From NCBI GenBank assembly GCA_045653405.1, contig JAZOLW010000031.1, positions 1 through 37,766 of the forward strand: a stretch of 37,766 nt of DNA, given 5' to 3'. Source of the DNA: Eubacteriales bacterium (GTDB lineage Bacteria > Bacillota > Clostridia > Oscillospirales > CAG-382). The translations under genes were made by a program, and so were the position numbers. This document shows positions 9,672-19,700 of the stretch, one piece after another. Every line of letters starts with the position of its first letter. Within the stretch, counting starts at the first letter, position 1. The notes under the pieces are model-generated. The model made no database searches. It was not told where the DNA came from and saw only the letters and a list, made by a program, of their open reading frames with translations.

Positions 9672-11711
9672 ATGAAATACTTACCAAAGCTCGGAACAAA
9701 GCCGCTCCCTATGTCGCCGCAGGAGCTTCCCGAAGGAACAGTCTGCGATTTTGTATATGTAACAGGGGACGCCTATGTTGACCACCCCAGCTTCGGAACC
9801 GCAATCATAGGCAGAATCCTTGAAGATGCAGGTTTTACTGTGGGAATAATCGCACAGCCCGATTATAAGAATATGTACAAGGACGGAAGCGGCAAAGGTG
9901 TTTGCGTTTTCGGAAGACCGAGACTGGGTTTTCTTGTAAGTTCAGGTAATATGGACTCAATGGTTGCCCACTATACCGCATCCAAAAAGCGCAGAAGTGA
10001 GGACTATTATTCTCCTGAAATGAAAGCGGGTCTTCGTCCCGACAGAGCGGTAATTGTCTACTGTAACAGAATAAGACAGGCATACGGCGATGTGCCTATC
10101 ATCATAGGCGGAGTTGAGGCATCCCTTCGAAGATTTGCGCATTACGATTATTGGGACGATAAAGTGAGAAGAAGTGTGCTTATCGATTCGGGTGCAGATA
10201 TTCTCAGTTACGGAATGGGAGAGTATTCCATCCCCGAAATTGCAAGAATGCTGGATAAGGGCGTTCCCGTAAAGAAAATCAGAGGTATCAGAGGAACTGT
10301 TTTTGCTGCAGAGCTTGACTATAAGCCCGAATTTGAATTTGTTGATACATTTAAATACGATGAACTGAAAACAGATAAAAAGGCTTATTCCAAAGCCTTC
10401 AAAATACAGTATGCAAACCAGAGTCCCGTAGACGGCAAGGCGGTTGTTGAGTATTACGACAACAAAAAACTGGTTCAGAATCCTCCGTCACCCCTTCTCA
10501 CAAGAGAAGATATGGACAAGGTATATTCATTGCCCTACACAAGAACCTGGCATCCGTCATATGACAAATACGGCGGAATTGCGGCACTTCGTGAGGTTGA
10601 ATTTTCCATTACACATAACCGAGGATGCTTCGGCGGATGTGCTTTCTGCTCCATTGCTTTCCATCAGGGCAGAAATGTGGTATCAAGAAGCATTGAATCA
10701 GTTGTTGAGGAAGCAAGACTTCTCACAACCCTTCCCGGCTTCAAAGGATACATCCACGATGTGGGCGGTCCTACTGCGAACTTCAGGTACGGTCCCTGCG
10801 AGGCGGTAAGGGACGGCAAAAAGGGTGTATGTAAGGAAAGAAGATGTCTTGCACCAAAACCCTGTAAGAACCTTGTGTGCGACCATAGCGAATATGTTGA
10901 ATTACTTGAAAAGGTTGCGGCACTTCCAAAGGTTAAAAAAGTGTTTGTCAGAAGCGGAGTAAGATTTGACTACGCAATTTATGACAAAGACCATTCATTT
11001 ATAAATGTGCTTGTCAGAAAGCACGTAAGCGGTCAGTTGAAGACAGCACCCGAGCATATTTCAAACAATGTGCTGAAATATATGGGCAAGCCCGAGATAT
11101 CGGTATATGAAAAATTCTGTGACAAATATTTTGACGTTTGCAAAAAGGCAGGACTTGAGCAGTATATCGTACCTTATCTTATGTCATCCCACCCCGGAAG
11201 CACAGTTTCGGATGCAATCGACCTTGCGCTGTATCTTAAAAAGCACAATATAAGACCTGAACAGGTGCAGGATTTTTATCCCACGCCCGGAACTGCGGCA
11301 ACAGCTATGTATTATACGGGAATTGACCCCTTTACAATGCAAAGTGTCGAGGTAACCAGGGATTACGAGCAAAAGAGAATTCAAAGAGCACTTCTTCAGG
11401 CAACACGTCCGGAAAATACCGAGCTTGTTAAAAAGGCTATACAGATGTCGGGCAGGGAAGATGCAAAAGAACTGTTACCCAAGAGTGCATTTTACAGCGA
11501 AAAGACGGGAAATGCGGCAAGACAGCCGGCAAGAAAAGGTACTTCAGGAAGAAACACTGACCGCAAGGGTTTGTCTTCAGCAAAGAATGGCAGAAATTCC
11601 GGCAGAAATGCAGATAATAAATCAGGCAGGACAAAGAATGCAAAGACGTTTGGAAAATCGGATAACAGAACAAATAAAAAGACAGACAGCAGAAGCAGAA
11701 AACGCAAATAA
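9672..11711 (+). CDS. ygiQ: YgiQ-family radical SAM protein (UPF0313)
   Basis: Characteristic N-terminus (DFVYVTGDAYVDHPSFGTAIIGRILE). Radical-SAM cluster region (RGCFGGCAFCSI). Basic disordered C-terminal tail. Only 33 nt downstream of dnaA, with no terminator between them. Confidence 0.85.
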   Translation: MKYLPKLGTKPLPMSPQELPEGTVCDFVYVTGDAYVDHPSFGTAIIGRILEDAGFTVGIIAQPDYKNMYKDGSGKGVCVFGRPRLGFLVSSGNMDSMVAHYTASKKRRSEDYYSPEMKAGLRPDRAVIVYCNRIRQAYGDVPIIIGGVEASLRRFAHYDYWDDKVRRSVLIDSGADILSYGMGEYSIPEIARMLDKGVPVKKIRGIRGTVFAAELDYKPEFEFVDTFKYDELKTDKKAYSKAFKIQYANQSPVDGKAVVEYYDNKKLVQNPPSPLLTREDMDKVYSLPYTRTWHPSYDKYGGIAALREVEFSITHNRGCFGGCAFCSIAFHQGRNVVSRSIESVVEEARLLTTLPGFKGYIHDVGGPTANFRYGPCEAVRDGKKGVCKERRCLAPKPCKNLVCDHSEYVELLEKVAALPKVKKVFVRSGVRFDYAIYDKDHSFINVLVRKHVSGQLKTAPEHISNNVLKYMGKPEISVYEKFCDKYFDVCKKAGLEQYIVPYLMSSHPGSTVSDAIDLALYLKKHNIRPEQVQDFYPTPGTAATAMYYTGIDPFTMQSVEVTRDYEQKRIQRALLQATRPENTELVKKAIQMSGREDAKELLPKSAFYSEKTGNAARQPARKGTSGRNTDRKGLSSAKNGRNSGRNADNKSGRTKNAKTFGKSDNRTNKKTDSRSRKRK

Positions 11712-11759
11712 AAAGACTCTGCAGAAACCTGCAAAGTCTTATGGGAATGCGTGAGTACG

Positions 11760-11978
11760 TCAGATGTGTTCTTCGCCGTCAGTGATAATATTTCTTTCTC
11801 TGAACAGCAGAGTGATACACCATACACCTGCAAGACCTACAAGTGCGTATATGATACGGCTTACGATATTGTCCTGACCGCCGAAAAGCCAGGCAACGAG
11901 GTCAAACTGGAAAAGACCGATGCTTCCCCAGTTTACGGCACCGATTATAGAAAGAATAAGAGCAATTCTGTCAAGCAT
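11760..11978 (-). CDS. DUF378-family small membrane protein
   Basis: MLDRIALILSIIGAVNWGSIGLFQFDLVAWLFGG.. is the typical DUF378 signature. I chose ATG 11978 because GGAG lies 9 nt upstream. ATG 11987 directly abuts the GGAG, and the track start 12086 lacks an RBS. Confidence 0.75.
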   Translation of the reverse strand: MLDRIALILSIIGAVNWGSIGLFQFDLVAWLFGGQDNIVSRIIYALVGLAGVWCITLLFRERNIITDGEEHI

Positions 11979-12119
11979 TTGTTTCATCTCCTTTGAGTAT
12001 CTTTGTAAACGAGCGTTCCGCTCTTTTTGACGGCGGAACAGGCTCATTCTGCAAGTATTGTTTGCAAAGGAAAGAAATTTATACATTAATCAAAAATAAA
12101 ATCAAGAGGTTACGTCATT

Positions 12120-12761
12120 ATGAGAATGAGAAAAAAGAAAAACGGCTCGCAGCGTATGGAAGCCTGTGCAAAAATACATATACAGACACCGTCTGAAATG
12201 AAAGGCAAGTGGCAAGAGCTTGCCAAAGGAAAGGAACTGTACGCTGAAATCGGATGCGGAAAGGGAAGATTTATTCTGGAAACCGCAAAGAAAAATCCCG
12301 ATAAGTTTTTTGTGGGATTTGAAAAGATTGCAGATGTAATTGTTCTTGCTATGGAAAAGGTAATGAACGAGGAGCTTGAAAATGTTGTTTTCGTATGCGA
12401 TGACGCAGAGAGAATAACTGAAATTTTTGAAGAATCCGAGCTTGACGGACTTTATCTCAATTTCTCCGACCCGTGGCCCAAGAAAAGACACGCAAAGAGA
12501 AGACTTACATTTGTGACATTCCTTGAAAAATATAAGCAGATTATCAAAAACGGCGGAAAAATATTCTTCAAAACGGACAATCGCCCGTTGTTTGATTTTT
12601 CACTCGAACAGTTTGAGGAGGCAAAGATACCTCTGTCGGATGTAACCTTTGATTTGCACAATTCCGAATACGAAAAGGATAATATCCATACAGAATACGA
12701 AGATAATTTCTCTGCAAAGGGCTTTAACATAAACAGACTTGTAGGAACTATCTGCAAGTAA
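12120..12761 (+). CDS. trmB: tRNA (guanine46-N7)-methyltransferase
   Basis: SAM-binding EIGCGKGRFI and the TrmB motif NFSDPWPKKRHAKRRL. Confidence 0.9.
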   Translation: MRMRKKKNGSQRMEACAKIHIQTPSEMKGKWQELAKGKELYAEIGCGKGRFILETAKKNPDKFFVGFEKIADVIVLAMEKVMNEELENVVFVCDDAERITEIFEESELDGLYLNFSDPWPKKRHAKRRLTFVTFLEKYKQIIKNGGKIFFKTDNRPLFDFSLEQFEEAKIPLSDVTFDLHNSEYEKDNIHTEYEDNFSAKGFNINRLVGTICK

Positions 12762-12896
12762 TTTATTTATGTGTAACAGGCTGGTGGCGGTGAAATTATA
12801 CGGATATTTTCGGTACACCATATAAACCATATACAGAATAGATTGTTTGCTTGAGAGAATAATAGATGTATATATTCAGGCAAAACCGAAAGGACG

Positions 12897-14852
12897 ATGA
12901 ATATGCTGGATTATGCAAGAATTAGTATTGCCGTGCCAAATGTAACTGTCGGCTCGGTAACCAAGAACAAGGCGGATATAATTGAAAAAATCAAAGAGGC
13001 ATCAGGACAGGGCGCAGACTTTGTGCTGTTTCCCGAATTATCCCTTACGGGATATACCTGTGGAGATCTGTTTTTTCAGAAGACCTTGCAGGACAACGTA
13101 TGCTCAGCACTTTGCGAGATAGCAGAGCTTTCCGCAAAGGTAAAGAGTGTAATTATAGTGGGCGCACCTTTGAAAATAAACGGTCAGCTCTATAACTGCG
13201 GTGTTGTACTGTCGGGAGGCAGAGTGTGTGCTGTTGTACCTAAAACATTCATTCCCGATTACAACGAATTCAGTGAAAAAAGATGGTTTTCCTCAGCATT
13301 GAATCTTGATACAGATGAAATAATGTCCGAGGATATAGGAATTTATCCGACATACCCCGTTGCTGTTTCAAACAGACTTGTTCTTGAGGGCAGAGAGGGC
13401 GTAAAGTTCGGCGTTGAAGTCTGCGAAGATATGTTGGCACCCATTCCGCCAAGCGCCCACCTTGCTCTTTCGGGTGCGGAAATAATTTTCAACCTTTCGG
13501 CAAGCAACGAAACTGTAGGCAAACACCATTTCAGAAAAGATATGGTAAGTACACGTTCATCAAGCGAACTGTGTGTGTACGCTTATGCATCTGCCGGTTG
13601 CAGTGAGTCTACAACAGACCTTGTGTTCTCCGGACACAGCATAGTATGCGAAAACGGAAGTGTTATCTGTGAAAATAAGCAGTATATAGACAATGATTAT
13701 ATAATGAACTGCGATGTGGATTTAGGCAAAATAAGAGCCGACAGAGCAAGAATAAGAAGCTTTGCTGATTGTGCGGCAACTGCCGATAAGTGCAAAACAG
13801 TAAAGCTGTATAACGGCATATTTGACAGTAAGCTGAGTTCAGACGGCTTCCTTTATCCCTTGAAGAAACTTCCCTTTGTTCCCACAGATAAGCGGACAAG
13901 AACACTCAGATGTCTTGAAATTTTTGATATGCAGGCGGCAGGACTTGTAAAGAGAATGAGCGTTGCGGCACAGAAGATAGTTATAGGTGTTTCGGGAGGG
14001 CTTGATTCCACACTTGCTATTCTTGTTTGTGCAGAAGCTATGAGAAAAATGCACAAGCCTATGACAGATATTATAGGTGTGACAATGCCCTGCTTCGGTA
14101 CAACATCAAGAACCTATAACAATTCACTTGCACTTATGGAACAGCTTGGCGTAACATCTATGAATATAAGCATCAAGGATGCCTGCTTACAGCATTTCAA
14201 AGATATCGGACACGATTATGATGTAAAAGACGTAACCTTTGAAAACGTGCAGGCGCGTGAGAGAACACAGGTGCTTATGGATGTTGCCAACAAGAACGGA
14301 GCAATCGTGTGCGGCACGGGTGACCTCAGTGAATTGACACTCGGTTGGTGTACCTACAACGCAGACCATATGAGTATGTATGACGTTAATGCAGGTATTC
14401 CCAAGACACTCATTCGCTGGATGCTTGAAAGCCTTGCTGAAGACGGAAGATTTGCAGGATGTGAAAACACACTTCTTGATATAGCGGATACTCCCATAAG
14501 TCCCGAGCTTCTGCCACCGGATGAAAGCGGAGAAATTGCACAGAAGACTGAAGATTCGGTTGGGCCCTACGCACTCCACGACTTCTTCCTTTACTATACA
14601 TTGAGATACGGCTTTACACCTGAAAAGATATACACCCTTGCAACTCGTGCTTTTGCAGATGATTTTGACGGTGAAACAGTGAAAAAATGGCTGAAAGTAT
14701 TCTATAGACGTTTCTTTACACAGCAGTTCAAGAGAAGCTGTCTTGCCGACGGAGTTAAGGTAGGAAGTGTAGGCATATCACCCAGAGGAGATTTGAAAAT
14801 GCCAAGTGACGCAAGCTTTGCAGACTATATTGAGATAATTGAAGCACTTTAA
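12897..14852 (+). CDS. nadE: Glutamine-dependent NAD+ synthetase (CN-hydrolase domain plus NAD synthase domain)
   Basis: N-terminal nitrilase-type domain (FPELSLTGY..VCED). C-terminal PP-loop (GVSGGLDSTL). Length of 651 aa is typical of fused NadE. Confidence 0.9.
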   Translation: MNMLDYARISIAVPNVTVGSVTKNKADIIEKIKEASGQGADFVLFPELSLTGYTCGDLFFQKTLQDNVCSALCEIAELSAKVKSVIIVGAPLKINGQLYNCGVVLSGGRVCAVVPKTFIPDYNEFSEKRWFSSALNLDTDEIMSEDIGIYPTYPVAVSNRLVLEGREGVKFGVEVCEDMLAPIPPSAHLALSGAEIIFNLSASNETVGKHHFRKDMVSTRSSSELCVYAYASAGCSESTTDLVFSGHSIVCENGSVICENKQYIDNDYIMNCDVDLGKIRADRARIRSFADCAATADKCKTVKLYNGIFDSKLSSDGFLYPLKKLPFVPTDKRTRTLRCLEIFDMQAAGLVKRMSVAAQKIVIGVSGGLDSTLAILVCAEAMRKMHKPMTDIIGVTMPCFGTTSRTYNNSLALMEQLGVTSMNISIKDACLQHFKDIGHDYDVKDVTFENVQARERTQVLMDVANKNGAIVCGTGDLSELTLGWCTYNADHMSMYDVNAGIPKTLIRWMLESLAEDGRFAGCENTLLDIADTPISPELLPPDESGEIAQKTEDSVGPYALHDFFLYYTLRYGFTPEKIYTLATRAFADDFDGETVKKWLKVFYRRFFTQQFKRSCLADGVKVGSVGISPRGDLKMPSDASFADYIEIIEAL

Positions 14853-14910
14853 TAAAGAAATGAAACTTCTTACTTCATAAGTTCGTAAATAATGTCAATA
14901 AAAAACAGGG

Positions 14911-14956
14911 ACCTCCAATAGTGGGATAAAACAACTACTATTGGAGGTTTTCTTAC
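14911..14956 (+). terminator. Rho-independent terminator after nadE
   Basis: Perfect 12-bp stem ACCTCCAATAGT (14911..14922) / ACTATTGGAGGT (14937..14948), followed by TTTCTT. Confidence 0.75.
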
Positions 14957-14961
14957 AGAAA

Positions 14962-14982
14962 AGAGCGGGGAACCCCCGCTCT
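14962..14982. terminator. GC-rich hairpin, probably the terminator of the convergent minus-strand small gene
   Basis: AGAGCGGGG-AAC-CCCCGCTCT. On the minus strand it is followed by CTTTTCT; on the plus strand by TATTTGTT. Confidence 0.6.
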
Positions 14983-15015
14983 TATTTGTTGATAAATTGA
15001 TAAATCTGAATCGGC

Positions 15016-15252
15016 TTATTTGTTTTGGTTATTACCAATTTTATTAATGATTGCCCCTGTGCAGATAACCATTTCAAACGCAAGGAAGAAAGCCGTACCG
15101 ATAATAATACCGCCCAATTCTCCCATGCCGTTAAACCAGGTCGCAAACACTGCTAAAAATATCCACTCTAAAACTATAGTAATCAAACCAATCAAAATGT
15201 ACTTCCACATATTTTTCATACAATTATTCTCTTTCATTATCTTGTTTATCAA
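15016..15252 (-). CDS. Small two-TM membrane protein, unknown function
   Basis: 78-aa ORF with two clear hydrophobic helices (WKYILIGLITIVLEWIFLAVF / IIIGTAFFLAFEMVICTGAII). The start is uncertain because several Met codons are available. Confidence 0.45.
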   Translation of the reverse strand: MINKIMKENNCMKNMWKYILIGLITIVLEWIFLAVFATWFNGMGELGGIIIGTAFFLAFEMVICTGAIINKIGNNQNK

Positions 15253-15386
15253 ATTATACTATAAAATAATTTATCTACCTTGCAATATCTATATCTTGGT
15301 AGTATAGCAATGTAGTCAATAGCACCTGATGTCAAGGTTTTTTCAATAAGTTAATGAGTTATAGGTATTGTTCAATTATGATGAGT

Positions 15387-15803
15387 TTATAAGTTGTCTT
15401 TTATTTTGCCAATAATTTCTGCATATTCTGCATCGGAAAGAAGTGTTTTCCCGGGGTTCATGGCAAACACACCGCCCCATTCAAACTCATTCTCATATTT
15501 GGGAACAAGATGAAAGTGAAGATGGCATCCTGTGTCTCCGTAAGCACCGTAGTTTACCTTTTTCGGGGAAAATGCTTTATGAATGGCACGAGATACTTTT
15601 GCAATATCCTCCATAAACCCTGCTCTTTCTTCGGGTGTCAGGTCTACTATTTCACTTACGTGCTTTTTGTGGGCAACAATTACCCTCCCTCTGTGGCTTT
15701 GTTCTTTGAATAGGTATACCTTGCTCTGTGACAATTCGCAGATTTTTATACCGAATGCATCAAGCAGTTCATTTTCCATACAGTAAGCACAGTTTTTATC
15801 CAT
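15387..15803 (-). CDS. HIT-family (histidine triad) nucleotide hydrolase/transferase
   Basis: Histidine triad HLHFHLVP. Start at ATG 15803 (MDKNCAYC) with RBS AAGGAGA. The longer track ORF lacks an RBS. Confidence 0.85.
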   Translation of the reverse strand: MDKNCAYCMENELLDAFGIKICELSQSKVYLFKEQSHRGRVIVAHKKHVSEIVDLTPEERAGFMEDIAKVSRAIHKAFSPKKVNYGAYGDTGCHLHFHLVPKYENEFEWGGVFAMNPGKTLLSDAEYAEIIGKIKDNL

Positions 15804-15995
15804 AATAATTCTCCTTTTTAAAAAATCACAATATAGTATCTTCATTGTATCACATAATTTGATGAATTTCAATAACAAAGACTGAAAATAATTTTTAAGG
15901 ATATCATAATTGTAAGTACAAAAGTTATAAATTTGTTTTATAAAGTAATGTTTTAATGCCGTACCGTTTTTTCGTATTCTTTGCGGAATAAAATC

Positions 15996-16043
15996 CGAAT
16001 AAAAAGCACTTGCAAGTTGCGTTTTATAACAACAGCAAGTGCT
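15996..16043 (-). terminator. Rho-independent terminator of the 16054..17718 gene
   Basis: 9-bp stem AGCACTTGC (16005..16013) / GCAAGTGCT (16035..16043). On the minus strand it is followed by TTTTTATT. Confidence 0.65.
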
Positions 16044-16053
16044 TGAGCTTTAG

Positions 16054-17718
16054 TTACTTTTTGATAAGTATAAATCCTTCCACTGAAAAGTCATTAAGTT
16101 CCTCGGTTTTCTTATTTACAGAAAAGCCTATTCCTTCGTAATAAAAATCAGTATATTCATCAAGGGCAATTACTTCATCAGGCTGATTTCCTGCGCGGTA
16201 CCCGTCATATCCGTATTTGTTTACGAGTGCTTCTATAACAGGCATAAGATTATACTCTTTAACAGTTCCGTCAGAGAGATAAACTGTTGCATACGGTTGT
16301 TTTTCACCGCTGAAATGCAGGTATCCTATATCGCAAAGATATTTGTACTGCGAAATATCAAACAGTCCTGTTCTTGCGAACATTTCGTTATTGTACCATA
16401 TGTATTCGGTGACTGAAGCACTTTCAGCTTCAAATCCGTATATTTCACTTATGTTTTTGTCCGCTAAGTTTTCAAAGAAGGCAGGAGTATTTAACGCATC
16501 GTATTTTATGTAATGGTGAGCGCTGATTATTTTCGCTTTATCTTCAGGTGAAATTTCTTCGGTCGCGGGCACAACATCTCCGTCTATAAGCATACCGTTT
16601 TCTTCAAGAACACCTATCAGCATTTGTGTCTGCTGATATACCGGAATATCGAAAACATTGAAGGGTGTGCAGAAAATTACAAATGAAAGACACACGGCAA
16701 ACAGTAAAGATTTTCCAAACCCTATGTGTTTTATAAAAGAGCCGAGAGCAAATACCAGAGTTACTGCAATAAAGCAAAGGGAAGCCATACGAGTTGTTGT
16801 CAGTCCGTAATGGTAAAGCCTGATGCCTACTGCAACACACTGAATTGCAATAAGGGGAAGCATAAGCATTCCGCCGTATTTCATAAAGAACTTTGCAAGT
16901 TTTGAATTTTCGGCATATACACCTGCGGCAAAAATGTTGAATATATATGCCGCACTTGCAACCGTTACATAGGGATTAACTCCTCCTGACGGAAGATGCC
17001 GGGTGAATATCATCTTAAAGAGATATATGTAAAGTACAGCCGTAAGAACAAAGTAAAGCGTAAGCTCGGTGTATAAAATTATTGCTTTATAGGCTTTCGG
17101 AAGTTCAGGACGTTCTTTTTTTGGATGCGGAGTTCCCGAAAGCACAAGCAGTAATCCCAGCAAAGCGCTGAACTCAAACAGGAGCAAAAACAGCTTGTAG
17201 GAACTGTTGAAATCAAAAATCAGAACAATGAATGCACCGATGCAGATTGCTCCGCCCACAAAGGTGACAAATGATGCAAGAAAAGCAAACCCTGCACCTT
17301 TCAACAGATGCGCAGATGCCAAAAGACTTTTTCCACCGTCTGTTACTGCCCAAAGCGAGATAAGGACCGCACAAAGACAAATTCCTCCGCAGGCAGTAAA
17401 GTAGTATTCTTCTCTTATTACAAAAGACAGCGCATACCACACTGCATCAAAAATTGCGGGAATAATGTAAAGGGAACGCTTAATCAGCAGGCTTTCTTTT
17501 CCGCCTTTTTCGTGCAAGAGGGAAAGTGCCGCAGAAACAAAAGCTCCGCACAGAAATACAGGTATAAGATAAATAAACCATTCGTCGTCAAATTCCGTAA
17601 TCGTGTAAAAGGCAATTACTGCAAAAAGCGCATACAGATTTACCGTTGCCGCCGGAAATCTTTCAAAGGTCTTTTTCAAAGCGGTGCAGGAATTGCGGAT
17701 GTTTTCCATTATTTTCAT
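16054..17718 (-). CDS. Large polytopic membrane protein with a C-terminal soluble domain (possibly DUF4153 family)
   Basis: About 350 aa of densely packed TM helices followed by about 190 aa of hydrophilic domain. RBS GAGGGA. The family assignment is from memory of the overall architecture only. Confidence 0.5.
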   Translation of the reverse strand: MKIMENIRNSCTALKKTFERFPAATVNLYALFAVIAFYTITEFDDEWFIYLIPVFLCGAFVSAALSLLHEKGGKESLLIKRSLYIIPAIFDAVWYALSFVIREEYYFTACGGICLCAVLISLWAVTDGGKSLLASAHLLKGAGFAFLASFVTFVGGAICIGAFIVLIFDFNSSYKLFLLLFEFSALLGLLLVLSGTPHPKKERPELPKAYKAIILYTELTLYFVLTAVLYIYLFKMIFTRHLPSGGVNPYVTVASAAYIFNIFAAGVYAENSKLAKFFMKYGGMLMLPLIAIQCVAVGIRLYHYGLTTTRMASLCFIAVTLVFALGSFIKHIGFGKSLLFAVCLSFVIFCTPFNVFDIPVYQQTQMLIGVLEENGMLIDGDVVPATEEISPEDKAKIISAHHYIKYDALNTPAFFENLADKNISEIYGFEAESASVTEYIWYNNEMFARTGLFDISQYKYLCDIGYLHFSGEKQPYATVYLSDGTVKEYNLMPVIEALVNKYGYDGYRAGNQPDEVIALDEYTDFYYEGIGFSVNKKTEELNDFSVEGFILIKK

Positions 17719-17929
17719 AATTGTCCCTCTCTTTCTTTATTGTTATTACAATTTTATTATGCCATGAAACCGTAATTGTGTCAACTGCCTTAAAATATTT
17801 TAATAGTTTCCATTTCATCCCGAAACAAGAATAAAATAACTCTGATAAGAAAATGAAAAAATGAAAAAATAATAACAGACCGGGCAAATATATGTCTTGG
17901 TTTTATAATGAAAGGAACGGACCTTAACA

Positions 17930-18379
17930 ATGAGAACCAACAAAAAAATGATTATACTCTCACTTATCTGCGCACTTTTTGCAGTATGTCTCATGTCTTG
18001 CACAGGCGGAATGGATAATGCAGGAAACGCAGGCAGAAACTCAGGTGTAACAACAGGTAACGGTACAGCAACAGACTACGGTAACAATGCTTCCGGCAGT
18101 GCCTCTATGGGTACAGGAAGCGGAGCAGGAAGCACATCAGGTAATACTTCCCACGACACAGAAAACTACGGACAGATAAACACCAACAACGGAAGCGCCG
18201 ACGGTGGATATGGTGACGCTTACAGCGATACCGATATGGGACTTGACGGCGTTGCGGGAAATGCCGCAGATATGGCAGGGGATATGGTAAACGGTGCCGC
18301 AAACGGCGCAGGAAATATGGCAAACGGTGTCCTCGGCAGTGCCGGCAACACAGGCGGAAATACAACTTCAACTTTCTGA
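17930..18379 (+). CDS. Low-complexity Gly/Asn/Ser/Thr/Ala-rich lipoprotein
   Basis: RBS AAAGGAA. Signal peptide with lipobox LMSC. The mature part is almost entirely G/N/S/T/A/D/M repeats. Confidence 0.6.
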   Translation: MRTNKKMIILSLICALFAVCLMSCTGGMDNAGNAGRNSGVTTGNGTATDYGNNASGSASMGTGSGAGSTSGNTSHDTENYGQINTNNGSADGGYGDAYSDTDMGLDGVAGNAADMAGDMVNGAANGAGNMANGVLGSAGNTGGNTTSTF

Positions 18380-18589
18380 TAACCAACTTTTACTGTTGCT
18401 TCGCAAATAAATAGTGTTTGCGGAGCAACATTGCGGTTATGTTTGTGTTTCTTGTGGGTGTATTTGTATTATTCCACTTTGTTAACCGTGGATTTCGGCT
18501 TTTTATGTACAAATACATTGACAATATTATTATTGATGCTATAATTTTACATATAAAAGAACATATAAACAGTGTTTTAAATTTTTTTG

Positions 18590-18618
18590 TTGACCTTGTC
18601 TTTGTTTTGTGGTACAAT
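18590..18618 (+). promoter_or_regulatory. Sigma-A promoter with extended -10, upstream of the DnaC-like gene
   Basis: TTGACC (18590..18595), 17-nt spacer ending in TGg, TACAAT (18613..18618). A second candidate lies upstream: TTGACA at 18518, 16-nt spacer, TATAAT at 18540. Confidence 0.55.
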
Positions 18619-18659
18619 GATAAATGTATGGAAATCATTGTTTGTTCCGGAGGACACTA

Positions 18660-19658
18660 ATGGGATATTCAAAGCAGGTAATAGAAAAAGTAAAAGACGA
18701 ATTTGAAAGAAAGCGTAAAGCCGCTGAAGATGCCGCTGAGGAGAGAAAAGCGGAAATGTACGGCGCTTGTCCTGTTTTAAGGCAGATTGATGCCGCCCTT
18801 GCAGCAACAGGTCTTAAAGTATATAAGGCAGCTCTTGAGGGTAAGGTTGGTCTTGAAGAAAGAATAGCCGCCCTTCAGAAAGAAAATATGGAGCTTCAGG
18901 ACGATAAGCGCAGAATTCTTAAAATGAACGGCAAGCCTGAAAACTATCTTGACGTTGTATATTCCTGCAAAAAGTGTTCTGACACGGGATACGACGGACT
19001 TAATATGTGTTCCTGTATGAAAAAGGCGCTTGTAAAGGAAGCATATGAAACATCGGGTCTGGGCGCAGTTCTTACAAAACAAGGATTTGACAATTTTGAC
19101 CTTGAATACTATTCTGATGCTAAGACATCAAAGGGAATAAGCCCGAGGGATAATATGAAGTATATCCTTGAGGAAGCTAAGCAATATGTAAAGGACTTCG
19201 GAAAGACAGACAGAAATGCAAATCTTCTCTTTATCGGCAAGACAGGCCTTGGCAAAACACATATTTCCACAGCTATTGCAAAGGGCGTAATTGACAAGGG
19301 TTATGATGTAGTGTACGACACCGTGCAGAACATTATAAATACATACGAACAGCAGACATTCGGACACAATACCGATGCCGCGGCAAATGTGCAGAGATAT
19401 GATGAATGCGCTTTGCTTATTATTGATGACCTCGGAACTGAATTCAAGAATGCATTTACACAGTCGGTGCTTTATAACCTGCTGAACACAAGAATTATAT
19501 CGGGAAAAGCAATGATAATAAGCACAAACCTTGACGATTCCGAGCTTTTCAAGAAGCAGTATGATGACAGAATCAATTCCCGTCTTATAGGAAACTTCAG
19601 AACCTTCAAGTTTACCGGTGAAGACATCAGAATTAAAAGAGCGGTACAGAAAAAATAA
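18660..19658 (+). CDS. DnaC/DnaI-like AAA+ helicase-loader family protein
   Basis: Start at ATG 18660 behind GGAGGA. N-terminal coiled-coil plus a Cys cluster (CKKCSDTGYDGLNMCSC). Walker A GKTGLGKTH and Walker B LLIIDDLG. Confidence 0.75.
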   Translation: MGYSKQVIEKVKDEFERKRKAAEDAAEERKAEMYGACPVLRQIDAALAATGLKVYKAALEGKVGLEERIAALQKENMELQDDKRRILKMNGKPENYLDVVYSCKKCSDTGYDGLNMCSCMKKALVKEAYETSGLGAVLTKQGFDNFDLEYYSDAKTSKGISPRDNMKYILEEAKQYVKDFGKTDRNANLLFIGKTGLGKTHISTAIAKGVIDKGYDVVYDTVQNIINTYEQQTFGHNTDAAANVQRYDECALLIIDDLGTEFKNAFTQSVLYNLLNTRIISGKAMIISTNLDDSELFKKQYDDRINSRLIGNFRTFKFTGEDIRIKRAVQKK

Positions 19659-19700
19659 GAAAATTACATAAAAACAAGCACACGAAAAGGAGAAATCACT

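Noticed and set aside
11469-11711. Arg/Lys/Asn/Ser-rich tail of YgiQ with GRN-type repeats, and the alternative-frame ORF 11425..11754.
   Set aside because: Basic disordered C-terminal tails are a common feature of the YgiQ family. The alternative frame is a by-product of the purine-rich repeat DNA.
15020-15307. 95-aa plus-strand ORF overlapping the small minus-strand membrane protein gene.
   Set aside because: It lies antisense to an ORF with cleaner TM-helix organisation and a downstream terminator. The choice between the two strands is not fully certain, so the minus-strand call has modest confidence.
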